Part shown: in pieces, positions 14,001-26,300 of the stretch
Layout: every line of letters starts with the position of its first letter
How positions within the stretch are numbered: position 1 is the first letter of the stretch
Origin: Azolla caroliniana
Lineage: Eukaryota; Plantae; Polypodiophyta
Assembly (NCBI GenBank): GCA_043228905.1
Contig: JBHGNT010000018.1
Location: 9,672,001 to 9,736,000 of the forward strand
DNA length: 64,000 nucleotides
Direction: 5' to 3'
The notes under the pieces: generated by a model
Databases searched by the model: none
What the model saw: only the letters and a program-made list of their open reading frames with translations
What the model was told of the DNA's origin: nothing
Translations under genes and position numbers: made by a program

Positions 14001-14300
14001 TGTTACGGGCATGACCATATAATATCCCGTGGTGAGAATTTACCGTAGTATTCTATACACGTGCAACTCTTGTAGCGAGCGCGCCAACACCAGGTACGAC
14101 TCTTATTTATAGCAATACCCAAGGCCCCCAGGCAAGTTCACACTTGACCTAATGGGTTGTCTCAATCCCGAGGATTAAAAGTAATCCTTCCCGAGGGTTT
14201 AGGGTTTAGGATACTACGGTATAGAATACTACTTATCCACATGTATAGAATACTACGGTACATTCTCACCACGGGATATTATATGGTCATGCCCGTAACA
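14001..14300. mobile_element. 300-bp foldback element (MITE or short solo LTR) with 63-bp terminal inverted repeats
   Basis: 14001-14063 matches the reverse complement of 14238-14300 with 2 mismatches; TG..CA ends; sits in a poly-C run and is absent from the sister LTR. Confidence 0.85.
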
Positions 14301-14916
14301 CCCCCCCCCCCCATGACAATAATCCCCTCCCCTCTTATACTAAATCAATGCCATTACATGTAGGCCACGTGGCACACACCTAGAGAAGCTTGTGCATGTG
14401 CGCAATATAAAGCATGTGGGCCATGTGGCACACATGTAGAGAAACTTTGCATGTGTGTTATATGGTGTACATGAAATACATTACATGGTTTTGACTCTAC
14501 AACATTTGTTCCAAAATAATGCAAATAAATCCCTAAGAAACAATAATACTAAAGAACTTTGAGTCTAGAATGTAAATCAATTCCAATGAGTTGAATCAGG
14601 TGGATCTCCAAGGAGTGATGGGTCACCGAACCAAGTCGAGATGCGTGGTTGTAGTTGAGGCAAGTGTGGAATCGTGGTGGCACCAATCAGTCATATCCCT
14701 TTACGACATGCAATGAGTTGAATCAGGTGGATCTCCAAGAAGTGATGGGTCACCGAACAAAGTCGAGATGCGTGGTTGTAGTTGAGGCAAGTGTGGAATC
14801 GTGGTGGCACAAATCGGTCGTATCCCTTTACAACACCGGGTACTCATCATCCGGTTCTCACCGGGTCTGCGTTGTCGAATACTCATATGCCATCCAGAGG
14901 GACCAAAATCCTAACA

Positions 14917-14966
14917 GCTTAGTGGATACAACATCTGTTTCCTAACAACAAGGTCCAAGGTTCGTA
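14917..14966 (+). pseudogene. Truncated tRNA-Arg(CCT)-derived copy cut by Copia H
   Basis: GCTTAGTGGATACAACATCTGTTTCCTAA..GGTTCG; the 5' acceptor strand is replaced by the LTR. Confidence 0.65.
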
Positions 14967-15424
14967 TTCACAATGTTGTATTTGGTTTATCTGTCACAGA
15001 TCGAGGTTTATCCAATCTAATGTGCATAAATCGAGGTTTACCCAATCTTATGTGCATAACACTAATAAGATACTCCACATTCCTTATCTAGGATAGTGAA
15101 TTCAAATTTGCATAAACTAGAGGTGGCTTTCAGACCCAAAAAATGCAAAACTCTAAAGATGTATTATACATTAAGGGTTTACCATGGAAGCAAAAACTCA
15201 TAGTGTAATGGGTCCTGAGTGACCAAAATGAATAAGGTATTTTGCATTTAGAGAGTCCTATAGATGTTCAATACATCCTCAAAAGGTAATTACGATGATT
15301 CATTTGTGAGCTATAACCAAGCATTTCACATACATTGATTATTTATTCCCAAAATTAGAGTCGTTGATTAGTAATTAGAGAAATTCATAGGATAGTCGAC
15401 TCTTTCTTTTTGTGCCAAGATCAA

Positions 15425-15497
15425 GCGCTTGTAGCTCAATGCATAAAGTGTCTGTTTCCTAAGTAGAAGGCCGAAGGTTCAACCCCTTCCTAGTGCA
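15425..15497 (+). tRNA. tRNA-Arg(CCT)-derived copy, degenerate
   Basis: 73-nt cloverleaf layout, loop TTCCTAA; D-loop GG mutated. Confidence 0.75.
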
Positions 15498-15820
15498 ATT
15501 GAAATGATGATCAATCATTTCCTTTGTATTCACAATGTTGTATTTGGTTTATTTGTCGCAGATCGAGGTTTGCAAATTTGCATAAAGTACAGATGGCTTT
15601 CAAACCCAACAAATGCAAAAGTCTAACGTTGTATTATACATTAAGGGTTTACCATGGAAGCAAAAACTCATATTGTGATGGGTCCTGAGTGACAAAAATG
15701 AATGAGGTATTTTGCATTTACAAAATCGTATAGATTATTTATTCTCCAATTCAAAGGCATTGATTAGTAATTAGACAAATTCAAAGGATAGTCAACTCTT
15801 CCATTTACATCCAAGATTTG

Positions 15821-15893
15821 GCACTTGTAGCTCATTGGATAGAGAATCTATTTCCTAAGCAGAAAGTTGAAGGTTCGACCCCTTCCTAGTGCG
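15821..15893 (+). tRNA. tRNA-Arg(CCT)-derived copy, intact A/B boxes, stem mismatches
   Basis: GCACTTGTAGCTCATTGGATAGAG..TTCCTAA..GGTTCGACCCCTTCCTAGTGCG. Confidence 0.8.
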
Positions 15894-16352
15894 ATTGAAA
15901 CAATGATCATTCATTTCCTTTGTATTCACAATGTTGTATTTGGTTTATTTGTCGCAAATCGAAGTTTACCCAATCTTATGTGCATAATACAAATAAGATA
16001 CTCCAAATTCATGGTTTAGGATAGTGAATTCAAATTTGCACAAACTAGAGGTGGGTTGCAGACCCAACAAATGCAAAACTCTAGCGATGTATTATATATT
16101 AAGGATTTACAATGCAAGCAAAAACTTATACTATGATGGGTTCGAAGTGACCAAAAGGAATGAGGTATTTTGCAATTAGAGACTAGTATAGATGTTCAGT
16201 ATCTCCCAAAAAATTGATTCCGGTGATTCATTTGTCAGTTATAACTAAGTATTTCACATACATTCATTATTTATTCCCCAATTCAGAGTCATTGATTAGT
16301 TATTAGAGAAACTCATAGGATACTGGACTCTTTCTTTTGGTGCAAAGATCTA

Positions 16353-16425
16353 GCACTTGTAGCCTATTGGATCGAGCGTCTGTTTCCTAAGCAGATAGCC
16401 GAAGGTTTGACTCCTTCCTAGTGTG
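16353..16425 (+). tRNA. tRNA-Arg(CCT)-derived copy, degenerate
   Basis: Intact anticodon arm TCTGT-TTCCTAA-GCAGA; B box TTC changed to TTT. Confidence 0.75.
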
Positions 16426-16854
16426 ATTCAAACGATGATCAATCATTTCCCTTGTATTCACAATGTTGTACTTGGTTTATCTGTCGCAAATCGAGGTTTA
16501 CCCAATCATATGTGCATAACACTACTAAGATACTTCACATTCTTGGTCTAGGATAGTGAATTCAAATTTGCATAAACTAGAGATGGTTTTCAGACCCAAC
16601 AAACGCAAAAGTCTAACGTTTTATTATACATTAAGGGTTTACCATGGAAGCAAAAACTCATAGTGTGATGGGTCCTGAGTGACCAAAATGAATGAGGTAT
16701 TTTGCATTTACAGAGCCGTATACATGTTCAATACATCCTCAAAAATTAATTACGATTATTCATTTGTGAGCTATAACTAAGCATGTCGCATACATTGATT
16801 ATTTATTCCCCAATTCAAAGGATAGTCGACTCTTTCATTTACAGCCAATATTTG

Positions 16855-16927
16855 GCACTTGTAGCTCATTGGATAGAGCGTCTATTTCCTAAGCAGAAAG
16901 TTTAAGCTTTGACCCCTTCCTAGTGCA
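16855..16927 (+). tRNA. tRNA-Arg(CCT)-derived copy, degenerate
   Basis: Intact D arm; damaged T arm. Confidence 0.75.
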
Positions 16928-17385
16928 ATTGAAACAATGATCATTCATTTCCTTTGTATTCACAATGTTCTATTTGGATTATCTATCGCAGATCGAGCTT
17001 TACCCAATCTTATGTCCATAACACTAATAAGATACTCCACATTCATGGTCTAGGATAGTGAATTCAAATTTGCACAAACTAGAGGTGAGTTTCAGACCCA
17101 ACAAATGCAAAACTCTAGCGATGTATTATATATTAAGGATTTCCCATGCAAGAAAAAACTTATACTATGATGGGTCCCAAGTGACCAAATGGAATGAGGT
17201 ATTTTGCAATTAGAGACTAGTATAGATGTTTAGTATTTCCTAAAAAATGATTGCGGTGATTAATTTGTGAGATATAATTAGCCATGTCACATACATTGAT
17301 TATATATTCACCGATTCAAAGGCATAGATTAGTAATTAGAAAAATTAATAGAATAGTGGACGCTTTCTTTTAGAACCAATATTTG

Positions 17386-17457
17386 CCACTTGTAGTTAAG
17401 TGGATAGAGCGTCCGTTTCCTAAGCGAAAGGCTGAAGGTTGGCCCCTTCCTAGTGCG
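17386..17457 (+). tRNA. tRNA-Arg(CCT)-derived copy, degenerate
   Basis: Same layout with a T-loop deletion. Confidence 0.7.
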
Positions 17458-17916
17458 ATTCAAACAATAACCATTCATTACCTTTGTATTTAAAATGCTG
17501 GATTTATTTTATGTGTCGAGAATCGAGGTTTACCCAATCTCATGTGCATAACACTACTAAGATACGCCACATTCCTTGTTTGGGATAGTGAATTTAAATT
17601 TGCATAAATTAGAGATGGCTTTCAGACCCAAAAAATGCAAAACTCTAAGAATGTATTATACATTAAGGGTTTACCATGGAAGCAAAAACTTATAGTGTGA
17701 TTGCTCCTGATTGACCAAAATGAATGAGGTATTTTGCATTTAGAGAGTCCTATAGATGTTCAATACTTCCTCAAAAATTAATTACGATCATTGATTTGTG
17801 AGCTATAACTAAGCATTTCACATACATTGATTATCTATTCCCGAATGTAGAGCCATTCATTAGTAATTATACAAATTGAAAGCATTGTCGACTCTTCCGT
17901 TTACAACCAAGATTTG

Positions 17917-17989
17917 GGACTTGTAGCTCATCGGATAGAGCGTCTATTTGCTAAGCAAAAGGTTATAGGTTCGACCCCTTCCTAGTGCG
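17917..17989 (+). tRNA. tRNA-Arg-derived copy with anticodon mutated to GCT
   Basis: Loop TTGCTAA; intact GGTTCGACCC. Confidence 0.7.
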
Positions 17990-18229
17990 ATTCAAACAAT
18001 GGTCATTCATTTCCATTGTATTCACAATGTTATATTTGGTTTATCTATCGCAGATCAAGGTTTACCCAATCTTAAGTGCATAACACTAATAAGATACTCT
18101 ACATTCATGGTCAAGGATAGTGAATTCAAATTTGCACAAACTAGAGGTGGGTTTCAGACCCAACAAATGCAAAACTCTAGCGATGTATTATATATTAAGG
18201 ATTTACCATGCAAGAAAAAATTTACTCCA

Positions 18230-20866
18230 GCACTAGCCCTTTACAAAAGGAAGTTCGAGTAGGGTGTTAGTGACAGGGCATTGTGACCCATCGATTCCAT
18301 TATGTAGGTTTGTTAGACAGGGGTGCCCGTTGGTCCCCTATCTTTTTTTATTTATTACAAAGGCATTCTCTTTCTTTTTGAACAGATCGGATGTAGGAAT
18401 AAGAGGTTTAGCTATCCCACATGTGAGTAAGGAGTTGCTAGAATCTGAGTATGCAAAAGACACTATGCTTTACTTGCAAGGGAATGATGCTAATTTACAG
18501 AAGGCGGAAGGACGGATTGATTGGTTTTGTAATGCATCAGGGGGGAAAATTAACTGGAACAAAAGTAGAGGATTATGGGTAAGTTCAAACCCACAACCAT
18601 TATGGTGTCCCAACATTGATTTTAAATGGGTCCCCAATGGCATGGCTATAAAGTATTTGGGTTTTTTTGTGGGAGTTGAAACACCTAAAAATCAATAGCT
18701 TGAGTAAGTCAAAGACAAAATTAGAAAAAAGCTTTGGTTGTGGGCATCAGTAAAGCTCTCCCTTGCTGGTAGGGTTGTGGTGGTGAACCATATTTTGCTG
18801 GCCACCATGTGGCATTTAGTGGCATGTTGGATGTTAGACAAAGCCTGCATAAAAAATATTAAGGCAATGGTGAGAGGCTTCTTGTGGTCGGGTAGAAACA
18901 ATGAAATGGCATCAACTAAAGTGGTGTGGGGTTGTTTAGTTAAGACAAAGAATGAGGGAGGACTTGGACTGGTCGATCCGGTTCACCAAAGTAAGGCTCT
19001 ACTTGGTAAGCTTTTAGTGTGAAGTTTGCAACCCGGACCAGAATTGTGGAAGGTGCTCCTTAGGATAGACTTGACCTTTGGTGTCCCAAGAATGGTGGTC
19101 CTTGGCAGGCAAATACATGGTGGTTGTTTAGCCCAGCTCTAAAGTTGAAAGAACCGGCTAGCATGGAGGATAGAGTGGTTCGCGCCATAATGAAGGCATG
19201 GTCAAGTTTAAGAGAAGGGTTAGTCTTAATGCAACCGAAAACACTGGATGAACAACTATGACAACCGTTGTTTTGGAACCCTAGGATTAGAAGTGAAGAT
19301 GGTAAGATGCTTGGACAACAAAAGTACTTGCCTTGGGGGAAGATGTTAGGGTACAGGATTCGGTTGGTACACGATTGGGAGGTCTTCAACATGAAGAGGC
19401 GGACGGGTTAGGCTGTTAATTGTAGGATTATTGGAAGACTAGAGAAGGTAACCCAACTGATAGATGGGGTTGTTGATGGATTGGATAAGTTGACTGTCAA
19501 AGCGATAGTTTAGTCAGGCTGGTTTTTAGGTGAGGGTGACACACAACTTATCCGTGGTAGGTGCTCAACTAGCGGGGATCGTTTGTGGGGTAACCTAAGT
19601 TCTTTGACAATTGATGGTAGGTGGATAGCAGTGCGGGTGGCAATGCTGGAGGGTAAGTGGTGGCAATTGAACCCAGACCCTAAGTCACTGGATCATGATG
19701 GTAAAATATGGCTTTACGATAACAAGCCCTTATATAATTTGGAGTGGGACCCATTGGAGGTTTGGTGGCAGACACCAGGAACAAAAAACTTGAAAAAGTT
19801 TTTTGAATACAATACTAGGCTAGGAAGACGAATCGTTGGCTCCAAAACCGTGGATTCTGGAATGATTCACAACAGCTGGAAGGATAAAGGCATTTCAGAC
19901 AACGATTTGAAGTCGTTTTGAAGGAGACTATGGGCATTGGATATGCCAGGAAAAATTAAGGCTTGGTGGTGGCTTCTTATCCACAAGGCGGTACCTGTAG
20001 GCGAGTGGTTAAGCTCCCGTGGTGGTGAGGCTAGTTGTAAGTTATGTGGACAGGCTTTGGAATCAATGTCTCACTGTTTTTGGAATTGTACAGAGGCGAT
20101 TAGCATTTGGAGTAGAAGCCTTCGAATCGTGGCAGCCTGTGGTGTGAAAGGGAACGTTGTGTGGGGCTCAATACAAGGGTTGTCCTTAAAAGGGGAAAGA
20201 TGGGGTGAACGGTTAAACCCACAAGGACATGGATTTATAGTGCAGGGCGGTAGCGTGTTCCAATGTGATGGGGTGAGACCAGGCACAAATTCTGAAATTT
20301 TTTAGGAGATTTGGCTTATGGTGGCGTGTTTGACAGCCTGGCACATCTGGATCAGGTGTTGTAAGGTTATTTTTTAGCAGCAAAAGATCTCATGTGGGGA
20401 GATGATGTTAAATATCTGGTTTGATCTTGTGGCTTGGTTGCGCGGTCGGTATGATTCGATTCAAGGGGATTCAGAAGAAGCAGAAAGGGCAAGGTCAAAG
20501 TTCTTGCTGAAATCGAGTAGCTCCCCCATGCTAGTGAAATCTTCATCGAGGCCTAAGTGGAATTACCAAGCACCAAGGTGGTTGTTTCCACCGATGGCTC
20601 CCAATATTGTACATGGGTTGTACTTATGTATGTATAGCTGACACAAACGTGCGTCAGGGAGTTGTAGAGTCAGGGTAAAATAGGGTTTAATTCAATTTTG
20701 CTTGAGTTAAGGATCGGTTGAGTTTTTTTGATGTTTCGGTTGATGGTTTTGGAGTTGTTTCTCCAAGTTGTATATGTGGATCCCATTGTGGATTTGGATA
20801 AACTTTGTTGTATTCTACTTGCTAACTAATGCAACGTAGTGGTTTTTTGGGAAAAAAAAAAAAAAA
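18230..20866 (+). mobile_element. 5'-truncated L1/Tx1-like LINE (ORF2 3' part, 3' UTR, poly-A), degenerate
   Basis: VRQGCPL, YAKD (from YADD), KYLG RT motifs; CKLCG..ESMSHCFWNC zinc motif; A15 tail at 20852-20866. Confidence 0.92.
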
Positions 20867-21369
20867 GATACTCCAAATTCATGGTCTAGAATAGTGAATT
20901 CAAATTTGCACAAACTAGAGGTGGGTTTCATACCCAACAAATGCAAAACTCTAGCGAGGTATTATATATTAAGGATTTACAATGCAAACAAAAACTTATA
21001 CTATGGTGGGTCCCAAGTGACCAAAAGGAATGAGGTATTTTGCAATTAGAGACTAGTATAGATGTTTAGTATTTCCTAAAAAATCGATTGTGGGTCCTGA
21101 GAGATGTATTATACATTAATTGTTTACCATGGAAGCAAAAACTCATAGCGTGATGGGTCCTGAGTGACCAAAATGAATGAGGTATTTAGCATTTTGAGAG
21201 TCCTATAGATGTTCAATACATCCTCAAAATTTAATTACGATGATTCATTTGTGAGCTATAACTAAGCATTTCACATTCATTGATTATTTATTCCCCAATT
21301 CAGAGTCATTACTTAGGAATTAGAGAAATTCATAGGATAGTCGACTCTTTCTTTTGGTGCAAAGATTTG

Positions 21370-21442
21370 GCACTTGTAGGTTAGTAGATAGAGTGTTTGT
21401 TTCCTAAGCAGAAGGTCGAAGCTTCGACCCCTTCCTAGTGCA
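21370..21442 (+). tRNA. tRNA-Arg(CCT)-derived copy, degenerate
   Basis: Same layout, loop TTCCTAA. Confidence 0.7.
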
Positions 21443-21796
21443 ATTGAAACAAAGATCATTCATTTCCTTTATATTCCTTTATGTGTCGCGGAATCGACGT
21501 TTACTCACAACAAATGCAAAACTCTAGCGACATATTAAAATATTAAGGATTTACCATGCAAGCAAAAACTTATACTGTGATGGGTCCCAAGAGACCAAAA
21601 GGAATGAGGTATTTTGCAAATAGAGACTAGTATAAATGTTTAGTGTTTCCTTAAAAGTCGATTATGGTGATTAATTTGTGAGCTATAATTAGCCATTTCA
21701 CATACATTAATTATATATTCGCCAATTCAGAGGCATTGGTTAGTAATTAGAAAAATTAATAGAATAGTGGACCCTTTCTTTTAAATCCAATATTTG

Positions 21797-21869
21797 GCAC
21801 TTGTAGTTAAGTGGATAGAGCGTCTGTTTCCTCAGCGAAAGGTTGAAGGTTGGACCCCTTCCTAGTGCT
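21797..21869 (+). tRNA. tRNA-Arg(CCT)-derived copy, degenerate
   Basis: Same layout, loop TTCCTCA; B box mutated. Confidence 0.7.
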
Positions 21870-22278
21870 CAATCAATAACCATTCATTACCTTTGTATTC
21901 AAAATGTTGTATTTAGTTTATGTGTCGAGGATCGAGGTTTACCCAATCTCATGTGCCGACTAAGATACTCCACATTCTTGGTTTAGGATAGTGAATTCAA
22001 ATTTGCATAAACTGGAGGTGGCTTTCAAACCCAACAAATGCAAAACTCTAATGATGTATCATACATTAAGGGTTTACAATGGAAGAAAAACTCATAGTGT
22101 GATGGGTGGTCCTGAGTGACCAAATAAATGACGTATTTTGCATTAAGAGAGTCCTATAGATGTTCAATAATTCCTCAAAAGGTAATTACGATGTATTTAT
22201 TACCCAATTTAGAGTCATTGATTAGTAATTTGAGAAATTCATAGGATAGTAGATTCTTTCTTTTGGTGCCAAGATCAG

Positions 22279-22351
22279 GCACTTGTAGCTCAATGGATAG
22301 AGCGTTTGTTTCCTAAGCAGAAGGTTGAAGGTTTGACCCCTTCCTAGTGCG
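22279..22351 (+). tRNA. tRNA-Arg(CCT)-derived copy, best-preserved stems
   Basis: All four stems can pair; T-loop TTTGACC instead of TTCGACC. Confidence 0.8.
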
Positions 22352-22804
22352 ATTGAAACAACGATCATTCATTTCCTTTGTATTCACAATGTTCTACTTG
22401 GTTTATGTGTCGCGGATCGAGGTTTACCCAATCTTAGGTGTCTAACACTACTAAGATACTCCACATTCATAGTCTAGGATAGTCAATTCAAATTTCCACA
22501 AAACTAGAGGTGGCTTTGGACCCAACAAATGTAAAACTCTAGCAATGGATTATACATTAAGGGTTTACCATAGAAGCAAAACTCCTAGTGTGATGGGTCC
22601 TGAGTGACCAAAATGAATGAGGTATTTTGCATTTAGAGAGTCGTATAGATGTTCAATACGTCCTCAAAAATTAATTACGATGATTCATTTGTAAGCTATA
22701 ACTAAGCATTTCACATACATTGCTTATTTATTCCCCAATTTAGAGTCATTGATTAGTACTTAAAGAAAATCATAGGATAGTTGACCCTTTCTTTTGGTGC
22801 CAAG

Positions 22805-22877
22805 GCACTTGTAGCTCAGTCGATAGAGTGTCTATTTTCTAACCAGAAGGCTGAAGGTTCAACCCCTTCCTAGTGCG
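22805..22877 (+). tRNA. tRNA-Arg-derived copy with anticodon TCT, degenerate
   Basis: Loop TTTCTAA; stem mismatches. Confidence 0.7.
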
Positions 22878-23318
22878 ATTGAAGTAATGATCATTCATTT
22901 CCTTTGTATTCACAATGTTCTATTTGGTTTATGTGTCTCACTTCGAGGTTTACCCAATCTGATGTGCATAATACTAATAAGTTACTCCACATTCATGGTT
23001 TAGGATTGTAAATTCAAATTTGCACAATCTAGAGGTGGGTGTTAGACCCCACAAATGCAAAACTCTAGCAATCTATTATATTGTGAAATGCACATAAATG
23101 GAATCCAAACCAGCTTGCTTAGCTTCTTACTTCCTATTCAATTTATAGTTGTAACAAGGGTTGGCTTTACTCCTATTCAACCATTTGGGTTGGCTTTAGT
23201 TCGCTACATCCGTCCTAACAAGGGTATGCTAAAAGGGTGGCTCAACAGAACACATGTATACCATAGCATGAAGGCATGCATGCTAAACAAGGGTATGCTA
23301 AAAGGGGCACAAAGGAAC

Positions 23319-26300
23319 TGTTGGGATTACTGTCCCTTTCGGATGGGATGGTCGGATATCGGAGATGAATGCCGACAATCCCGGTTTCGGTTTCGGAACC
23401 GGATGATGAAGACCCCGGCTTCGGAGCCGGATGACGAATGTACCCGGAGCGAGATCCGGATGCGGGGACATATCTGTGAATATGTTTGCCAAGGGCCCTT
23501 GAGGCTATAGTTGTAAATAGCCCCAAAGTCATATGTGTATAAATATGACTTAGGGCAAACAGTTTTATTGTGGCTTATCATTTTTCTGTTTTTCCACTCA
23601 AGAGGAGTGAAGAGAGAGCAGCCGCGAGAGAGATAGAGCGTGAGAGAGGAAGAGGTCGACGCCTCTGTGTATTTCCGCCGCCTGTGGCGAAGACAGCGAG
23701 CTCAAGGTCGTCGCCTTGCAGCTCGCCATTGTATATTTCTCTGTGCATAGTTTTGGTTCGGAGTCTTGTACTCCCGTGGTTTTTCCCGTACAGGGTTTTC
23801 CACGTTAAATCGTGTGTCCACTCTATTTCTCGCATTTCCCATTTTCTGCAACAACGATTCGTGTGTTTCCTTGGTTGTGGCCGAGAGGTGACGTTTGGAA
23901 AGTGTCGATTGATTTTCCATCAATTTGGTATCAGAGCGGGCTGCGGCAGAAAATGGAAGGCGGCGGCAGCGGGCAACCGGGGATGATGGTGCTGAATGCA
24001 CAGAATTACGCCGACTGGAAGATCAAGATGGAGGATCTTCTGATTGTTCGGGACCTGTACGAACCGATTGACAGGTCGGAAATACCGAAGGGGGTACTTG
24101 AGTCGGAATGGAGGCTTCTGAACCGGAAAGCCGTTGCAACCATTCGGCAATACGTCGACGTGAGCGTTCTACAACATGTGGCGAACGACACCAACGCATA
24201 TGAGATGTGGCGGAAGCTGTCGGGCCTCTACGAGAGGAAGAATGCGTTGAACCGGACCTCCCTGATGAGGAAGATAGTGAACCTCAAGTACCGGGACGGC
24301 GAGAGTATGGTGGAACACGTAAGCACGTTCATGGGATTCGTGAACCAGCTTGCGGCGATCAAGTTCCCGTTGGAGGATGCAATGCAAGCCATCATTCTGA
24401 TGTGTACATTGCCGGAAAGCTGGGAGAACTTGGTGGTGACTCTCAGCACCTCCTGCACGGAAGATAACTTGTCCCTACAAACGGTAAAGACAAGTATTTT
24501 GAACGAAGAAGCGTGTCGGAGAGATAAAGAACCGGCCTCCAATCCGAAGATGTTGTTTACCGAATCGGATCGGGGAAGACAACGGAACCGGAGTCCGCAA
24601 AGACGGGAGAAGTCGGGGACCCGGTCGCAGTCAAGAGGAAGGCCCACATGCTTCCACTGTGGGAAGCCGGGGCACTTCCGAAAGAATTGTCGGCATTACC
24701 GAAAAGACAACGGAGCCGACGACACCAATTCGAAGAAGTCTTCGGAACGAAACGGGGCTTACCGGGGAGCCACGGACCGGAATGGTTCCGATCGGCGAGG
24801 GCAGGACCGGAAAGGAACGACGGCACTCGCGGCAAGTGAAGAGGAGATCATGCTCATCACCGAAGAAGGTGAACTAAACATTGCCGGCGATGAGACGACC
24901 TGGGTGGTCGATTCCGGAGCGTCGTTCCACCTGACCCCGGAGAGAAGATACTTCTCATCCTACACAACCGGTGAACATGGCTGTGTTCGGATGGGAAATG
25001 AAGGTACGTGCCGGATTGCCGGCATAGGAGACTTATGGTTGACAACCCCGACCGGATGCAAAATGCTGCTGAAGGATGTCCGACACGTTCCGGAGGTTCG
25101 ATTGAACCTGATTTCGGCCGGGAGGCTAGACGATGAAGGCTACACAGGTAGCATCCGGAACGGCGTAATGAAGTTCAGCAAGGGGAGCCTGATAGTGGCT
25201 CGGGCCCGGAAAGTCAACACACTGTACCTGATGAATGCCCGGTTATGTCCGGAAGAGCTGAATGTGGCAGCCGACACTGCCGGTGAGCTGTGGCACAAGA
25301 GACTGTGCCACATGAGTGAGAAGGGGATGAAGAGGCTTGCAGAAGACAACCTTATTCCAGTGAAGCACGTGCACCTGGAGAAGTGCACCGATTGCCTGGC
25401 CGGTAAGCAGAACCGAGCCTCCTTCCACTCAAGGCCACCGACGAGACGTAGTGTACCATTGGAGTTGGTACACACTGATGTGTGTCAGGTAGAAACGAAG
25501 TCACATGGCGGAGCCCAGTACTTCGTAACATTCATTGATGATCACAGCCGGAAGCTGTGGACGGCACCGTTGAAGACAAAGGACCAAGTGTTGTCCGTCT
25601 TCAAAGAACTCCACGCGAGAGTGGAAAGAGAATCCGGCAAGAAGCTGAAAGCGATACGAGCGGATAACGGAGGGGAATACCGGGGGCAGTTCGCGGAGTA
25701 CTGTCGCTCGAAGGGAATCCGGCTCGAGTTTACTGTGCCGAAGACGCCGGAACTGAACGGGTTGGCCGAGAGGATGAACCGGACCATAATGGAGAGGGTC
25801 CGGAGTATGCTGGCGCATGCGGAATTACCCAAGGGGTTTTGGGCTGAGGCGATGTCGACGGCGACATACGTGATAAACAGATCACCCTCAGTACCTTTGG
25901 ACGGAGACACGCCGCAGAGAGTGTGGACCGGTAGGGAAGTATCCTACCGGCATCTGAAGGTGTTCGGGTGTCTCGCATACGTGCATGTGGCAAAGGACCG
26001 GAGAGGAAAGCTAGATCCAAAGACCCGGCCATGCATATTCCTCGGTTACGGCGATGACGAGTTCGGCTACCGAGTATGGGACCCGGTCGACAAGAAGATA
26101 TTCCGGAGTCGTGATATCATCTTCATGGAGAACAAGACACTCGCCGACTGGGAGTCGGAGAAGAAGATGAAGAGCTCCAAGTCGACCGGTGAGGATCAAC
26201 TCTACGAGGAGCAGTCCCGACCGGCAAGGGACCGGTTAGCACTCGAGGATCCGGCCGAAGACGGTGAAGAAACAGAACCGGCCGAAGAAGATGAAAATGA

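Larger units (their letters stand above)
4185..14835 (-). mobile_element. Ty3/Gypsy element C, tRNA-Trp primed, lacking PR/RT/RNase H; LTRs 4185-5114 and 13733-14835
   Basis: Paired LTRs; CCGG TSD (4181-4184, 14836-14839); PBS TGGTGAACCCGACGTGA at 13714-13730; G-rich PPT next to 5115. Confidence 0.88.
3472..14916 (-). mobile_element. Copia remnant H: gag 5' end, PBS and a 5' LTR split into 3700-4184 and 14836-14916 by Gypsy C
   Basis: MFKLTSSKYSVWKSKMRDML gag start; PBS at 3685-3696; LTR resembles those at 5339 and 59227; resumes after the CCGG TSD and ends CCTAACA inside a tRNA-Arg copy. Confidence 0.8.
14917..23081 (+). repeat. Tandem satellite, ~530-bp unit, one tRNA-Arg(CCT)-derived copy per unit (interrupted by a LINE)
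   Basis: tRNA copies start at 15425, 15821, 16353, 16855, 17386, 17917, 21370, 21797, 22279, 22805; spacing 531-532 bp where undeleted; shared AT-rich spacer. Confidence 0.95.

Noticed and set aside
14194-14210. Interstitial telomere
   Set aside because: Only about 2.5 TTTAGGG units, inside a small mobile element
15821-15893. Compensatory acceptor-stem changes (A3-T70, T5-A68) as evidence of selection on the satellite tRNA
   Set aside because: Both pairs sit in CG/CHG contexts where independent methyl-C deamination gives the same pattern
14917-23081. CRISPR-like array or functional tRNA operon
   Set aside because: Spacers are homologous to one another, there are no cas genes, the context is eukaryotic, and every tRNA copy has lesions
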